From Chloroflexota bacterium (GTDB lineage: Bacteria > Chloroflexota > UBA11872 > VXOZ01), in NCBI GenBank assembly GCA_963663275.1, contig OY760183.1, positions 1,632,001 through 1,696,000 of the forward strand: a stretch of 64,000 bases of DNA, written 5' to 3'. Below the pieces are notes generated by a model. That model saw only the letters and a program-made list of their open reading frames with translations, did not search any database and was not told where the DNA came from. Below are positions 50,481 to 59,805 of the stretch, one piece after another (the stretch's first letter is position 1; the number at the start of each line of letters is the position of its first letter). A program made the translations under genes and the position numbers.

Positions 50481-51977
50481 ATGAAGCTGAAGGACTTTCT
50501 GCAGTGGGGAGAGCAGGCGCTGGCGCTGCGGCGCTTCGCGCTGGCGGAAGAGATTGCCCGCTTCCTGCTGGCGCAATCGCCGCAAAACCTGGCGGCGCGC
50601 ACCTTGATGGGCCACGTCTCTCTGGCGTCAGGCAACTTCGCGCTGGCCGAAGAGCACTTTGCGCAGGCGCTGGACATGGACCCGGAGAATCCACTGACGC
50701 TCACCCGCTACGCCGACGCGCTAGAAGCCCAGGAACAGGAGGCAGAGACGCTGGCGGCGCTGCGCCGGGCGTTCGAGTGCGACCCGGCGCGCATGGAGGT
50801 GAAGCAGCGCATGGTGGCGCTGCAAAGCGGCGGGGACGGCGCGCTGGCCGGTGAGGCGCTCCTGACGCGCATGGGGCTGGCGCGCATCCATCTGCGCAGC
50901 GGCCTCATCGAACATGCGATTGCCGAATTGCGCCAATTGCTGGAAGGACGCGAGGCGCACTGGAGCGCGCAAGTGGCATTGATGGAGGCGCACTGGCTCA
51001 ATGGCGATCGGCAGGCGGCCGGCGGGCTTGCCGATGAGATACTCCGCGCGCACCCGAACTGCTTGAAAGCGATCCTCCTGTCGGCGGACGTGCGCGCCCA
51101 CCTGGGGCTGATGGACCAGGCGCGGCAGTTCTTCGAGCGGTCCCGCCAGGTGGATCCGGACTTTCTGCTGGCCCGCGCCCTCTACCCGGCCAACGGCCCT
51201 TCCCGCTTGCCCTTGCCCGGCGACGACGCGGAACTGAACGTGCCGCTCGACTTCTTGCAGCGGATCGAAGCGGAACTGGCCGCCAAGGCTGAACCGGAAC
51301 AGGAAGGCGCGACGCAGGCGCCGCCTGCGCCGGAGCGGACGGACTCCGCGGAGCGGGCGGCCGCTGCTCGAGACGCAGGCGCACAGGAGCCGGCCGCCGC
51401 GCAACCGGATAGCCAGCGCGTCATCGTTACGCCTCCTCCAAGCGGGGAGCCGGAGACCGCAGACCCAGCGCCGTCCCCGCCCGACGCGGGCATGGAATCC
51501 GCAGAGGAAGCGGCCGCGGCGACCGCGTCTCCGGCCCGTCAGGATGCAGAACCCGGCCCCGCTGAGGCTGTCGATTCCGGCTCCACGGAAGACGCCGGCC
51601 TCGCTACAGAACCGGATTTCGCTGAAGTCGCCGCCGCAGACGCAGACGTTGTAACGGATGCGGAGGCCGCGCCGGACGCAGACCCCGAGGCGGACAGACG
51701 TGTTGCCGCGGAGGCGGGCGGGACCCCTGAGGCCGAGGGTGCGACGTGGGAAGCCCTACTGCACACCCTGGAGCAGCAGGCCGGCCGGCCGGACGAAGCC
51801 GCGCTGGACTCGATCGTGGAACGCCTGGAGGCGCTCGCCGATTCCGCGCCGGATAAGCTGCAAGCGTGGCAACAGCTTGGCGACGTCTACCAGCGCCTGG
51901 GACGGACCGACCGCGCCATGCGCGCCTACATGAAAGCCCTGGAAAGCAGCGGCAAGAAGGACGCCGGGAACGGGTAA
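50481..51977 (+). CDS. Tetratricopeptide repeat protein with acidic low-complexity linker
   Basis: N-terminal TPR helices, A/E/P-rich linker, terminal TPR (AWQQLGDVYQRLG..RAMRAYMKAL). Confidence 0.85.
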   Translation: MKLKDFLQWGEQALALRRFALAEEIARFLLAQSPQNLAARTLMGHVSLASGNFALAEEHFAQALDMDPENPLTLTRYADALEAQEQEAETLAALRRAFECDPARMEVKQRMVALQSGGDGALAGEALLTRMGLARIHLRSGLIEHAIAELRQLLEGREAHWSAQVALMEAHWLNGDRQAAGGLADEILRAHPNCLKAILLSADVRAHLGLMDQARQFFERSRQVDPDFLLARALYPANGPSRLPLPGDDAELNVPLDFLQRIEAELAAKAEPEQEGATQAPPAPERTDSAERAAAARDAGAQEPAAAQPDSQRVIVTPPPSGEPETADPAPSPPDAGMESAEEAAAATASPARQDAEPGPAEAVDSGSTEDAGLATEPDFAEVAAADADVVTDAEAAPDADPEADRRVAAEAGGTPEAEGATWEALLHTLEQQAGRPDEAALDSIVERLEALADSAPDKLQAWQQLGDVYQRLGRTDRAMRAYMKALESSGKKDAGNG

Positions 51978-52144
51978 CGCAGAACCGGTAGGCGCGGCGC
52001 AAGTAGAAGGTCAAGCCAAGCGACTGTATCCCATGCCGCCTGGGGCGCGCTGTGGGCAAACTGCCGCTGCCGTTGCGGACGCCGCCCAGATCGACGCGCC
52101 ACGGGCGAGCGTGACTGCCATCGACGTTGGAGAGGAGCGAGCGC

Positions 52145-53848
52145 ATGAAGAAGGTCCTGCTGTTCGCCAGCGCCCTGCTCGCGCTGCTCGTGGCGCTCCT
52201 CATTGTCGGGACGCTCTTCTTCTTTCCCGCCGCCATGTTCGATGAAGAGGGCGGCTTCTTCGGGGCCGGGGCCGCGGTGGAAGCGGAAATGGCGATGGCG
52301 TCTGCCGAAGAGGCCGACTCCATGGAAGACGCGCCGGCAGCGAAGATGGCCGCGGTTGCGCCGGAGGCCGCCCCGCAGGAAGCGCCCGCTGCCGGGGTTG
52401 CGGCCAACGCCAAGGTTGCGGCGGCGCCAGCGGCAACTTCGGCGGCAACGGACGACGCCAAGGTCATTCGCAACGGCACGCTCACCCTCGTGGTGGACGA
52501 TCCGGCCGCGGCCGTGACGGCGGTGGAAGGCATCATCGCCGGGATGCCGGGCGCGTTCATTGCCGCCGCCGAGATGCGGCGCGCCGGCGATCCCCAGCCG
52601 ACGGCGCTCACGCTGCGGGTGCCGGCGGCGTCGTTCGACCAGGCGTTGGCGGCGCTGCGGGCGCTGGCGCGGGAGACGCTGGCGGAGCAGACGACCGCCC
52701 GCGACGTGACGGAAGAGTATACCGACCTCGACGCGCGCCTCCGCAATCTCCACGCCGCCGAAGCGCAACTGCTCGCCCTGGTGGAACAGGCCGATACGGT
52801 TGAAGACCTGCTGCAGATCGAGAAGCGCCTGGCGGAAGTGCGGGGCGAGATAGAGAGGCTGCAGGGGCGCTTCAACGTGCTTCAGGACCGCATCGCGCTG
52901 GCAACGATCCGCCTGCTGCTGCACGCGCCGCCGGACCTCTCCGTGGAAATTGCGGCCGGAAGCCCGCCCACGGCCCGCGCCGTGACCTCCTTCGCGCTCA
53001 CCTATCGCAATGACGGCAGCGTCCCGGCCCGCGACGGCAGGCTCACGCTCCGCGTGCCCGAACGCCTCAGCGTGTACGAGGTGGGTGAGGGCGGCCGCTA
53101 CGATCCGGACGCCCGTGAGATTCAATGGCGATTGGCGGACGTTGCGCCCGGCGCGGTGGGGAGCGTAAACGCCTACCTGCGTGTGGAGGCGACCGACACC
53201 GACATTCTGCTGGAGGCCGCCATCCGGTCGGCAAGCGCGGAGGCGGACAGCGCCAACAATACGGCCGCCATCACGCTGACTTTCACGCCGGACCTGGCGC
53301 TGAGCGTCGAAGGCCGGGCTGCGGGCGCGCAGGGCAGCGATGTGCCCATTTGGATATTCGCGGTCAACGCCGGCACGGCTGACGCCACCGACGTGACGGT
53401 GCGGGCGGTGATTCCTCCCGGCTTGACCTTCGTGCGGGCGGACGCCGGCGGCGGCTACAACCGGGAGACGGACAGCGTCGTGTGGAACCTGGGACGGCTG
53501 GAGGCCGGCGCCGGCGTCGAGGCGGTCATGCATCTGCGGGTGGACGCCGCGGAAGGCCGCTTGCGCATTCCCATTGCCATTGCCGCCGAACAGGCCGACG
53601 CCGTCACCTTCAATAACCGCGCCGACGCGTACGTGACCGCGCTGCGCGAGGACGTCTCCACCCGTTCCGTCTGGCGGCCCGGCCGGACGCTGGAGGCAAG
53701 CCTGGCGGCGCTTGTCATCGTGGCGCAGCGGGCGGTGGACGTGCTCATCTGGCTGCTGATCTTCGGCATTCCGCTGGGCCTCATCGGCGGGGCGGTGTAC
53801 GGCGCGCTCGCGGTCATGCGCCACCGGCGGCGGAGGCGGAACGGTTGA
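52145..53848 (+). CDS. DUF4349 domain protein with two DUF11-like Ig repeats
   Basis: KVIRNGTL, LTLRVPA, DVTEEYTDLDARL, LLQIEKRL..VRGEIE; two YRNDG/VNAG..A.D..V...P.GL..W.L..NN.A repeats; C-terminal TM; ATG 52145. Confidence 0.82.
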   Translation: MKKVLLFASALLALLVALLIVGTLFFFPAAMFDEEGGFFGAGAAVEAEMAMASAEEADSMEDAPAAKMAAVAPEAAPQEAPAAGVAANAKVAAAPAATSAATDDAKVIRNGTLTLVVDDPAAAVTAVEGIIAGMPGAFIAAAEMRRAGDPQPTALTLRVPAASFDQALAALRALARETLAEQTTARDVTEEYTDLDARLRNLHAAEAQLLALVEQADTVEDLLQIEKRLAEVRGEIERLQGRFNVLQDRIALATIRLLLHAPPDLSVEIAAGSPPTARAVTSFALTYRNDGSVPARDGRLTLRVPERLSVYEVGEGGRYDPDAREIQWRLADVAPGAVGSVNAYLRVEATDTDILLEAAIRSASAEADSANNTAAITLTFTPDLALSVEGRAAGAQGSDVPIWIFAVNAGTADATDVTVRAVIPPGLTFVRADAGGGYNRETDSVVWNLGRLEAGAGVEAVMHLRVDAAEGRLRIPIAIAAEQADAVTFNNRADAYVTALREDVSTRSVWRPGRTLEASLAALVIVAQRAVDVLIWLLIFGIPLGLIGGAVYGALAVMRHRRRRRNG

Positions 53849-53864
53849 GCGCGCCGCCGGAAAG

Positions 53865-55502
53865 ATGAACGCATCCGTTTCCACCGACGCGATCCTGGCC
53901 CGCGCCGCGCTGGTGCTGCTGCTCGGCAACGTGCTCAGCCGCATTCTGGGCCTGGTGCGCGAACAGACGATCGCCTACCTCTTTGGCGTGAGCGGGGACG
54001 CCTCATCCTTCGTCGCGGCGTCCCAAGTGCCGACGATGGTCTACGACCTCTTGCTCGGCGGCGCGGTGACGGCGGCGTTGGTGCCCGTATTCAGCGACTA
54101 CGCGCGCAACAACCGCGAATTTTCGGCGCTGTTCGGCGCTATGCTCGCGCTGGCTGCGGTGGCGCTGGGCGGCATGGTGGTGCTGCTCAGCCTCTTCGCC
54201 GAGCCGCTGGTGCGCGTGCTCGTGCCGGGTTTCGCCGGGCAACTTGCCAACCAATGCATCATATCGTCGCAGTCCGCGACCATGGCGGCCAGCGGCGGCC
54301 CCGCGCCGGAACTGCTGGCGCAGACCGTGTGGCTCACCCGCCTGGCGCTGCCGGCCGCCGCGTTTCTGGGATTGTCAGGCGTCGTCAACGCGGCGCTCTA
54401 CGCCGGCCGCAAGCCGCACTATCCGGCCTTCTGCGCGGCAATCTATAACCTGGCAATCATCCTCACCGCCCTGCTCTTCGTGGGCCGGTTGGGCATCGCC
54501 AGTCTGGCGATCGGCGTGCTGGCGGGTTCGGTTGGCCAGCTCGTCTTCCAATTGCCCGGCTTGTGGCGCATGGGGCTGCGACCCCGGTTGGCGTTCTCGC
54601 ACCCCGCCGTGCCGCGCATCCTGCGGCTGTACGCGCCGGTCTTTGCCGGGCTCATCATCACCCAGCTTGCCATCGTCCTGGACCGCAACCTGGCGTCCTG
54701 CACCGGCCCGGACAGCATCGCCGCCATGAACTACGCCACGCGCCTGGTGCAACTCCCGCTGGGTTTGGTCGGCTCGGCAATCGCGCTGGCGGTGCTGCCG
54801 CTGCTGGCCGCCGCGGGCGCGAGCCGGGACACGGCCGACTTCCGGCGCATTCTCAGCCAAGGCGTGCGGCTCATACTCATGTTGATGCTGCCGCTCTTCG
54901 CCTTGATGCTGGTCTGGCACCGGGAGATTGTGGAGCTAGTCTATCAACGCGGCGCGTTCGACGCCGCCGGCACCGGCGCTACCGGCCTGGCGCTCTTGCT
55001 CTACAGCCTGCAACTGCCGCTCACCGGCCTGGACCAGCTCTTCATCTTTGCCTACTACGCGCGCAAGAATACGCGCACGCCCGTGCTGGTCGGCATACTT
55101 GGCATCGGCTTCTATCTGGCGGTCGCGCTGCCGTTGCTGGGGCCGTTGGGAATGCCGGGGCTGGTGCTTGCCAATACCGTGCAGAATGCCGGCCACGCGC
55201 TGGTCATGCTCTGGCTCCTCAACCGGCTGCTGGGCGGCGTGGGTGGCGCGGGCTTTGGCCGCTTCATGGCCGTGATTGGCGCGTGCGCGCTTCTGGTGGC
55301 CGCGGCGGCCGGCGTGATGCTCTTCGCGTACACCACGCTGGCGGGGGCGGGAAGCGCGGCGGGGCTGCTGGCGCTGGTCGTGGGCGGCGGCGGGATGTTG
55401 CTCGTGGCGTATCTGGGCGCGCTGCGCCTGTGCAGGCTGCCTGAACTCGCGCTGCTGGCCGAGATGACGCCCGCTTCGCTGCGTAAGGCGCTGCGGCGCT
55501 GA
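53865..55502 (+). CDS. murJ: Lipid II flippase MurJ (MviN)
   Basis: SRILGLVRE, ALVPVF, YATRLVQLPLG, YQRGAF, YYARKNTRTP. Confidence 0.93.
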   Translation: MNASVSTDAILARAALVLLLGNVLSRILGLVREQTIAYLFGVSGDASSFVAASQVPTMVYDLLLGGAVTAALVPVFSDYARNNREFSALFGAMLALAAVALGGMVVLLSLFAEPLVRVLVPGFAGQLANQCIISSQSATMAASGGPAPELLAQTVWLTRLALPAAAFLGLSGVVNAALYAGRKPHYPAFCAAIYNLAIILTALLFVGRLGIASLAIGVLAGSVGQLVFQLPGLWRMGLRPRLAFSHPAVPRILRLYAPVFAGLIITQLAIVLDRNLASCTGPDSIAAMNYATRLVQLPLGLVGSAIALAVLPLLAAAGASRDTADFRRILSQGVRLILMLMLPLFALMLVWHREIVELVYQRGAFDAAGTGATGLALLLYSLQLPLTGLDQLFIFAYYARKNTRTPVLVGILGIGFYLAVALPLLGPLGMPGLVLANTVQNAGHALVMLWLLNRLLGGVGGAGFGRFMAVIGACALLVAAAAGVMLFAYTTLAGAGSAAGLLALVVGGGGMLLVAYLGALRLCRLPELALLAEMTPASLRKALRR

Positions 55503-55750
55503 TGGCAACGACTTCACGCTCCGGACGGCGCCTCTGTGACTAACGACGTTGAAAAAGCCAGCGGGGAACGGCGGACGCAAGCGCGCCGAGAGCGCGGCAA
55601 GGCGCGCGCCGGTAGGCCGTCCGGCGCGAGAGTGTGGCATGATAGGAGTGAATGTTTTGGTATGCTCCGGGCCGCGGCCGGGCGCGAAAATCTCTCCTTG
55701 GAAAGGGCGCTCACCGCGCGGTGAGCGGCAACATGAACGCGGTGTAGACT

Positions 55751-58588
55751 GTGGAAACTGATTCCCGGCAGACCGGCATGCGCCGGGTGCCGATCGAACA
55801 ACTGCGCGACGACGTGCACTTTCTCGGCAGCGTGCTGGGCAACGTGCTGCGCGAGCAACACGGCGCGGCGCTCCTGGACCTGGTCGAGGACATTCGCCTG
55901 CGCGCCATCTGGCAGCGGACTACCACCGCGACCGTATCGCTGCAACCGCTTGCGGATTCGGTAGCCGAATTGCGGCCGGACGAGATGTTCACCGTCGCGC
56001 GCGCGTTCTCGCTCTACTTCTATCTCATCAACGCCGCGGAAGAGCAGCACCGCCTGCGCCGCATGAGGGAGAACGAGCGCACCAGCTATCCCCAGCCGCG
56101 CTATGAATCCATTGCCGCCGCCGTGGGCCGCCTGAAGGACGAGGGCGTCACGCCGGCGGAACTGGCGCCCATTCTGGCGTTGCTTTCCCTGCGTCCCGTC
56201 TTTACGCGGCACCCGACGGAAGTGCGGCGGCGCACGCTGCTCGTCTTCCTGGAGATGCTGCGCACCTGCCTGGCGGAACGCGAGGGCAACCCGCAGGACC
56301 TCTCGCCGGAGCGGGGGGCCGGCGCGAAGATTCACGAAATCGTGACGATTCTGGCGCAAACGGACATTACGCCCTGGGAGCGGCCCACGGTGCTGGGCGA
56401 GGTGGACGACGGCCTCTACTACTTCGACCACGTGCTGCTGGACGTCATTCCGGCGCTCTACCACGAGTTCGAGGACGCGCTGCGCGCCTATGCGGAAGAC
56501 TACCCGTTCACGCTGCCGCGCTTCCTGAGCTTCGGCTCCTGGATGGGCGGCGACCGGGACGGCAATCCCTTCGTGACGCCGGCGGTGACCGAGGAGACCC
56601 TGCGCATGCACCGCTCGCTGATTCTCGATCGGTACATACGGGACCTGGACGAACTCTGGCGGGTGCTGAGCCTCTCCGCCCGCTACGCTACCGTTTCGCC
56701 TGCGCTGCTGGATTCTATCGCCGAGGACCGGGCGTCGCTGCCGGGCGCGGGCGTAGGCACGAAAGCGGACCTGACCGAGCCGTACCGGACGAAGATCCAG
56801 TTTATGCAGAAGCGCCTGGCGCGCACCAGAAGGCGCTACGCCGGGGGCGGCGCCGCGGCCGCGGGCGCGTATCACACCCCCGGCGCTTTGCTGGACGACC
56901 TGGTGCTCATGCGGCAGAGTCTGGTGGAAAACGGCGGCGAGCGCATCGCCCAGGGCCTGCTGCGCGACGTGATCCGGCGGGTGCAGGTGTTCGGCTTCCA
57001 CCTGGTGGACCTGGACGTGCGCGAACACAGCGCGGTGCACGCCGCTACTCTGGACGAATACCTGGCCGCCGCGGACGTTACGCCGCAGTACAGCGGCCTG
57101 GACGAGGCGGCCAAGGTGGCGCTGCTGACGCGGCTGCTGGCCGCCCCCGCCGCGCTCGGCTTTCCGGAAATTGCGGTATCCCCGGCGGCCCGGCAGGCGT
57201 TCGAGACGTTTGCCAGCATCGCCCGCATGCAGGTGGAGGTGGGGGTTGAGGCCTGCAACACGTACATCATCAGCTTTACCGAAGCCGTGAGCGACGTGCT
57301 GGAAGTGGCGCTGTTGGCGAAAGAGGCCGGGCTGTGGCAGGTGGACGCCGATGGCCGTGTGCGGGAAAGCCGCCTCAAGGTCGTGCCGTTGCTCGAAACC
57401 ATCGAAGACCTGCGCGGCGGCTACGACTTCATGCACGCCTTGCTCGCCATACCCGTCTTCCGCTCCCACGTGGCGCGCTGGGACGACCGCTGCGAGGTGA
57501 TGCTGGGGTATTCGGACAGCAATAAGGACGGCGGCTTCCTGACCGCCACCTGGGAACTCTACTGCGCGCAGAAGCAGGTGGTGGCCGCCTGCCGGGCGCG
57601 CGGCGTGACCGTGCAACTCTTCCACGGGCGCGGCGGCGCGCTGGGTCGGGGCGGCGGGCCGACGAACCGGGCGATCATGGCGCAGCCGCCGGATTCGCTG
57701 GCCGGCGGCATGAAGCTGACGGAACAGGGCGAGGTCATCTTCTCCCGCTACGGGCGGCGTCCGGTGGCGCACCGCAACCTGGAACAGGTAATCCACGCCA
57801 TGCTGCTGGCGCGGCTGAGCCCCAGTGTGCTGGAGTCCCGCGCTTCCCTGGAGCCGGATTGGGAGGGCGTCATGGCCGCACTATCGCAAACGGCGTTTCG
57901 CGCCTACCGCTCGTTGATCTACGAGACGCCGGAACTGCGGACGTACTACCAACAGGCCACCCCCATCGCCTACATCAGCCGCATGAACGTGGGTTCGCGG
58001 CCGGCCTCGCGGAAAGGCGGCGACCGGGTGGAGGACTTGCGGGCGATACCGTGGGTGTTCGCGTGGACGCAGAGTAGACATAACGTGCCCGGATGGTACG
58101 GCGTGGGCAGCGCCTTGCACGCCTTCATCGAGGCGGACGAGGGCAATCTGGAGCGTTTGCGCGCCATGTATACGCGTTGGGTCTTCTTCCGTTCGCTCAT
58201 CGATAACGCCCAGTTGAGCATCGGCACCGCCGACATGTCCGTGGCGCGCCTCTACGCCAGCCTGGTGACCGACGACGCCGTGCGCGAAAAGGTCTATACT
58301 GCCATTGCGCAGGAGTATCAACGCACGCGGGAGGCGCTCTTGCAGATTACCGACCAGGAGCACCTCCTGGATTCATCGCCGGTGCTCCAGCGGTCGATTT
58401 TGCTGCGCAATCCTTACGTGGACCCGCTGCACTGCCTGCAAGTGCGCATGATGCGGGAGTGGCGCGCGGATTTTGGCGGGGAGGCGGAGACGCCGCTGGA
58501 TGAACTTTCGCCGGAAGCGCGGCGCTTGCTGGAAGGGATTTTCCAGACGATCAACGGCATCGCGGCGGGCGTGCAGTCAACGGGATAA
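55751..58588 (+). CDS. ppc: Phosphoenolpyruvate carboxylase (bacterial type)
   Basis: HPTE, SWMGGDRDGNP, PLLETIEDL, MLGYSDSNKDGG, FHGRGG..GRGGGP, TEQGE, LRAIPWVFAWTQ; start may instead be ATG 55778. Confidence 0.96.
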   Translation: METDSRQTGMRRVPIEQLRDDVHFLGSVLGNVLREQHGAALLDLVEDIRLRAIWQRTTTATVSLQPLADSVAELRPDEMFTVARAFSLYFYLINAAEEQHRLRRMRENERTSYPQPRYESIAAAVGRLKDEGVTPAELAPILALLSLRPVFTRHPTEVRRRTLLVFLEMLRTCLAEREGNPQDLSPERGAGAKIHEIVTILAQTDITPWERPTVLGEVDDGLYYFDHVLLDVIPALYHEFEDALRAYAEDYPFTLPRFLSFGSWMGGDRDGNPFVTPAVTEETLRMHRSLILDRYIRDLDELWRVLSLSARYATVSPALLDSIAEDRASLPGAGVGTKADLTEPYRTKIQFMQKRLARTRRRYAGGGAAAAGAYHTPGALLDDLVLMRQSLVENGGERIAQGLLRDVIRRVQVFGFHLVDLDVREHSAVHAATLDEYLAAADVTPQYSGLDEAAKVALLTRLLAAPAALGFPEIAVSPAARQAFETFASIARMQVEVGVEACNTYIISFTEAVSDVLEVALLAKEAGLWQVDADGRVRESRLKVVPLLETIEDLRGGYDFMHALLAIPVFRSHVARWDDRCEVMLGYSDSNKDGGFLTATWELYCAQKQVVAACRARGVTVQLFHGRGGALGRGGGPTNRAIMAQPPDSLAGGMKLTEQGEVIFSRYGRRPVAHRNLEQVIHAMLLARLSPSVLESRASLEPDWEGVMAALSQTAFRAYRSLIYETPELRTYYQQATPIAYISRMNVGSRPASRKGGDRVEDLRAIPWVFAWTQSRHNVPGWYGVGSALHAFIEADEGNLERLRAMYTRWVFFRSLIDNAQLSIGTADMSVARLYASLVTDDAVREKVYTAIAQEYQRTREALLQITDQEHLLDSSPVLQRSILLRNPYVDPLHCLQVRMMREWRADFGGEAETPLDELSPEARRLLEGIFQTINGIAAGVQSTG

Positions 58589-58688
58589 GACTTTGTCAAG
58601 GCCCCCGTCATCGCTTGGAGGAAGAACGGCGCCGAATCCATCTTTCCCGCAACCCGCCAAAGCCCCACGAAAGCGGCGCTTCATCGGC

Positions 58689-58716
58689 GTAGGGGCGGTT
58701 CGCGAACCGCCCCTAC
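58689..58716. repeat. GTAG-type palindrome
   Basis: GTAGGGGCGGTTCGCGAACCGCCCCTAC, identical to the 33175 copy. Confidence 0.9.
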
Positions 58717-58854
58717 TACGAGACACCTCATCCCATTGCGGCGCGCGCACGCGGCAGGTAGTATGAACGTGGCGGCACATAGGTCGCTGCGATTGCAATC
58801 TCGCGCAGTGCCCGCCGGTCGAATATGACGACGCGTGATTGGAGGGTTGGTACG

Positions 58855-59751
58855 ATGGCGCTGCAGACGACGGTTCTACCCGATACGCTTACCTCGAACG
58901 GCAACGCTTTCGACCTCTCCAACGAGACGTTTGGCGAGTTGCGTGAGGCCAACGGCTTGCTGGGCAATCCGGCCGCGCTGCGCGAACGCTTTGCCGAGGA
59001 CGGCTACCTGCTGCTGCGCAACTACCTGGACGTGGAGAAGGTGCTGGCGGCGCGGCGCGAACTGATCGGCCGGCTGGACGAAATCGGCCTCATCGACCGC
59101 TCCCGCCCTTTCATGGACGCGGTTTTCTCCGGGGATACCAGCGGCATCAGCGCCAGCGACCGCAAGCACTTCGCCCGCCGCCTGCGCTCCGGCCCGGCGC
59201 TGAAAGAGGTCTGCTTTACCGGGCGGGTGATGGAGTTCTTCACGCAGTTCTTTGGCGAAGAGGTGCTGCACCTCAACTACGTCTGGGTGCGCAACGTGCG
59301 GCGCGGCGCGGCTACCGGCTGCCACTTCGATTGGGTCTACATGGGACGCGGCACGCCGAACCTGATGACGGCGTGGATACCCCAGGGCGACGTGCCCCTG
59401 GGCGACGGCCCGCTGGCGATCCTGCGCGGCTCCCACCAGTGGGAAGAGTTGCAGAATACCTACGGCGCGATCGACGTGGACAAGGACAAAGAGAAGAACC
59501 CCTACGGCGGCGGCTGGCTGACCAAGAACCCGACCCAGCCCCAACAACGCTACGGCGGCCGCTGGCTTACCACGGAGTTCGAACCGGGCGATCTGCTGGT
59601 CTTCGGCATGTTCACGCTGCACTGCGCCATCGACAACGAAAGCCCGCAAAACCGCATCCGCCTCTCCACCGACACCCGCTACCAACCGGCCACCGAACCC
59701 GCCGACGAACGCTGGATCGGCGACGACCCCTTCGGCCACGGGATGATGTAG
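58855..59751 (+). CDS. Phytanoyl-CoA dioxygenase (PhyH) family Fe(II)/2OG oxygenase
   Basis: DGYLLLR, HxD (CHFD), TAWIP, GPL..GSH, GDLLVF..TLH, RLSTDTRY; ATG 58855 with GGAGG RBS. Confidence 0.92.
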   Translation: MALQTTVLPDTLTSNGNAFDLSNETFGELREANGLLGNPAALRERFAEDGYLLLRNYLDVEKVLAARRELIGRLDEIGLIDRSRPFMDAVFSGDTSGISASDRKHFARRLRSGPALKEVCFTGRVMEFFTQFFGEEVLHLNYVWVRNVRRGAATGCHFDWVYMGRGTPNLMTAWIPQGDVPLGDGPLAILRGSHQWEELQNTYGAIDVDKDKEKNPYGGGWLTKNPTQPQQRYGGRWLTTEFEPGDLLVFGMFTLHCAIDNESPQNRIRLSTDTRYQPATEPADERWIGDDPFGHGMM

Positions 59752-59805
59752 AGACCAAGTACTTGCGTGGGGGCTGGTGAGAATACTCTGTCAGAGTTTC
59801 CAGGC

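Noticed and set aside
59752-59805. attR duplicate of the tRNA 3' end or a prophage boundary
   Set aside because: No copy of the tRNA 3' sequence and no integrase or phage genes visible.
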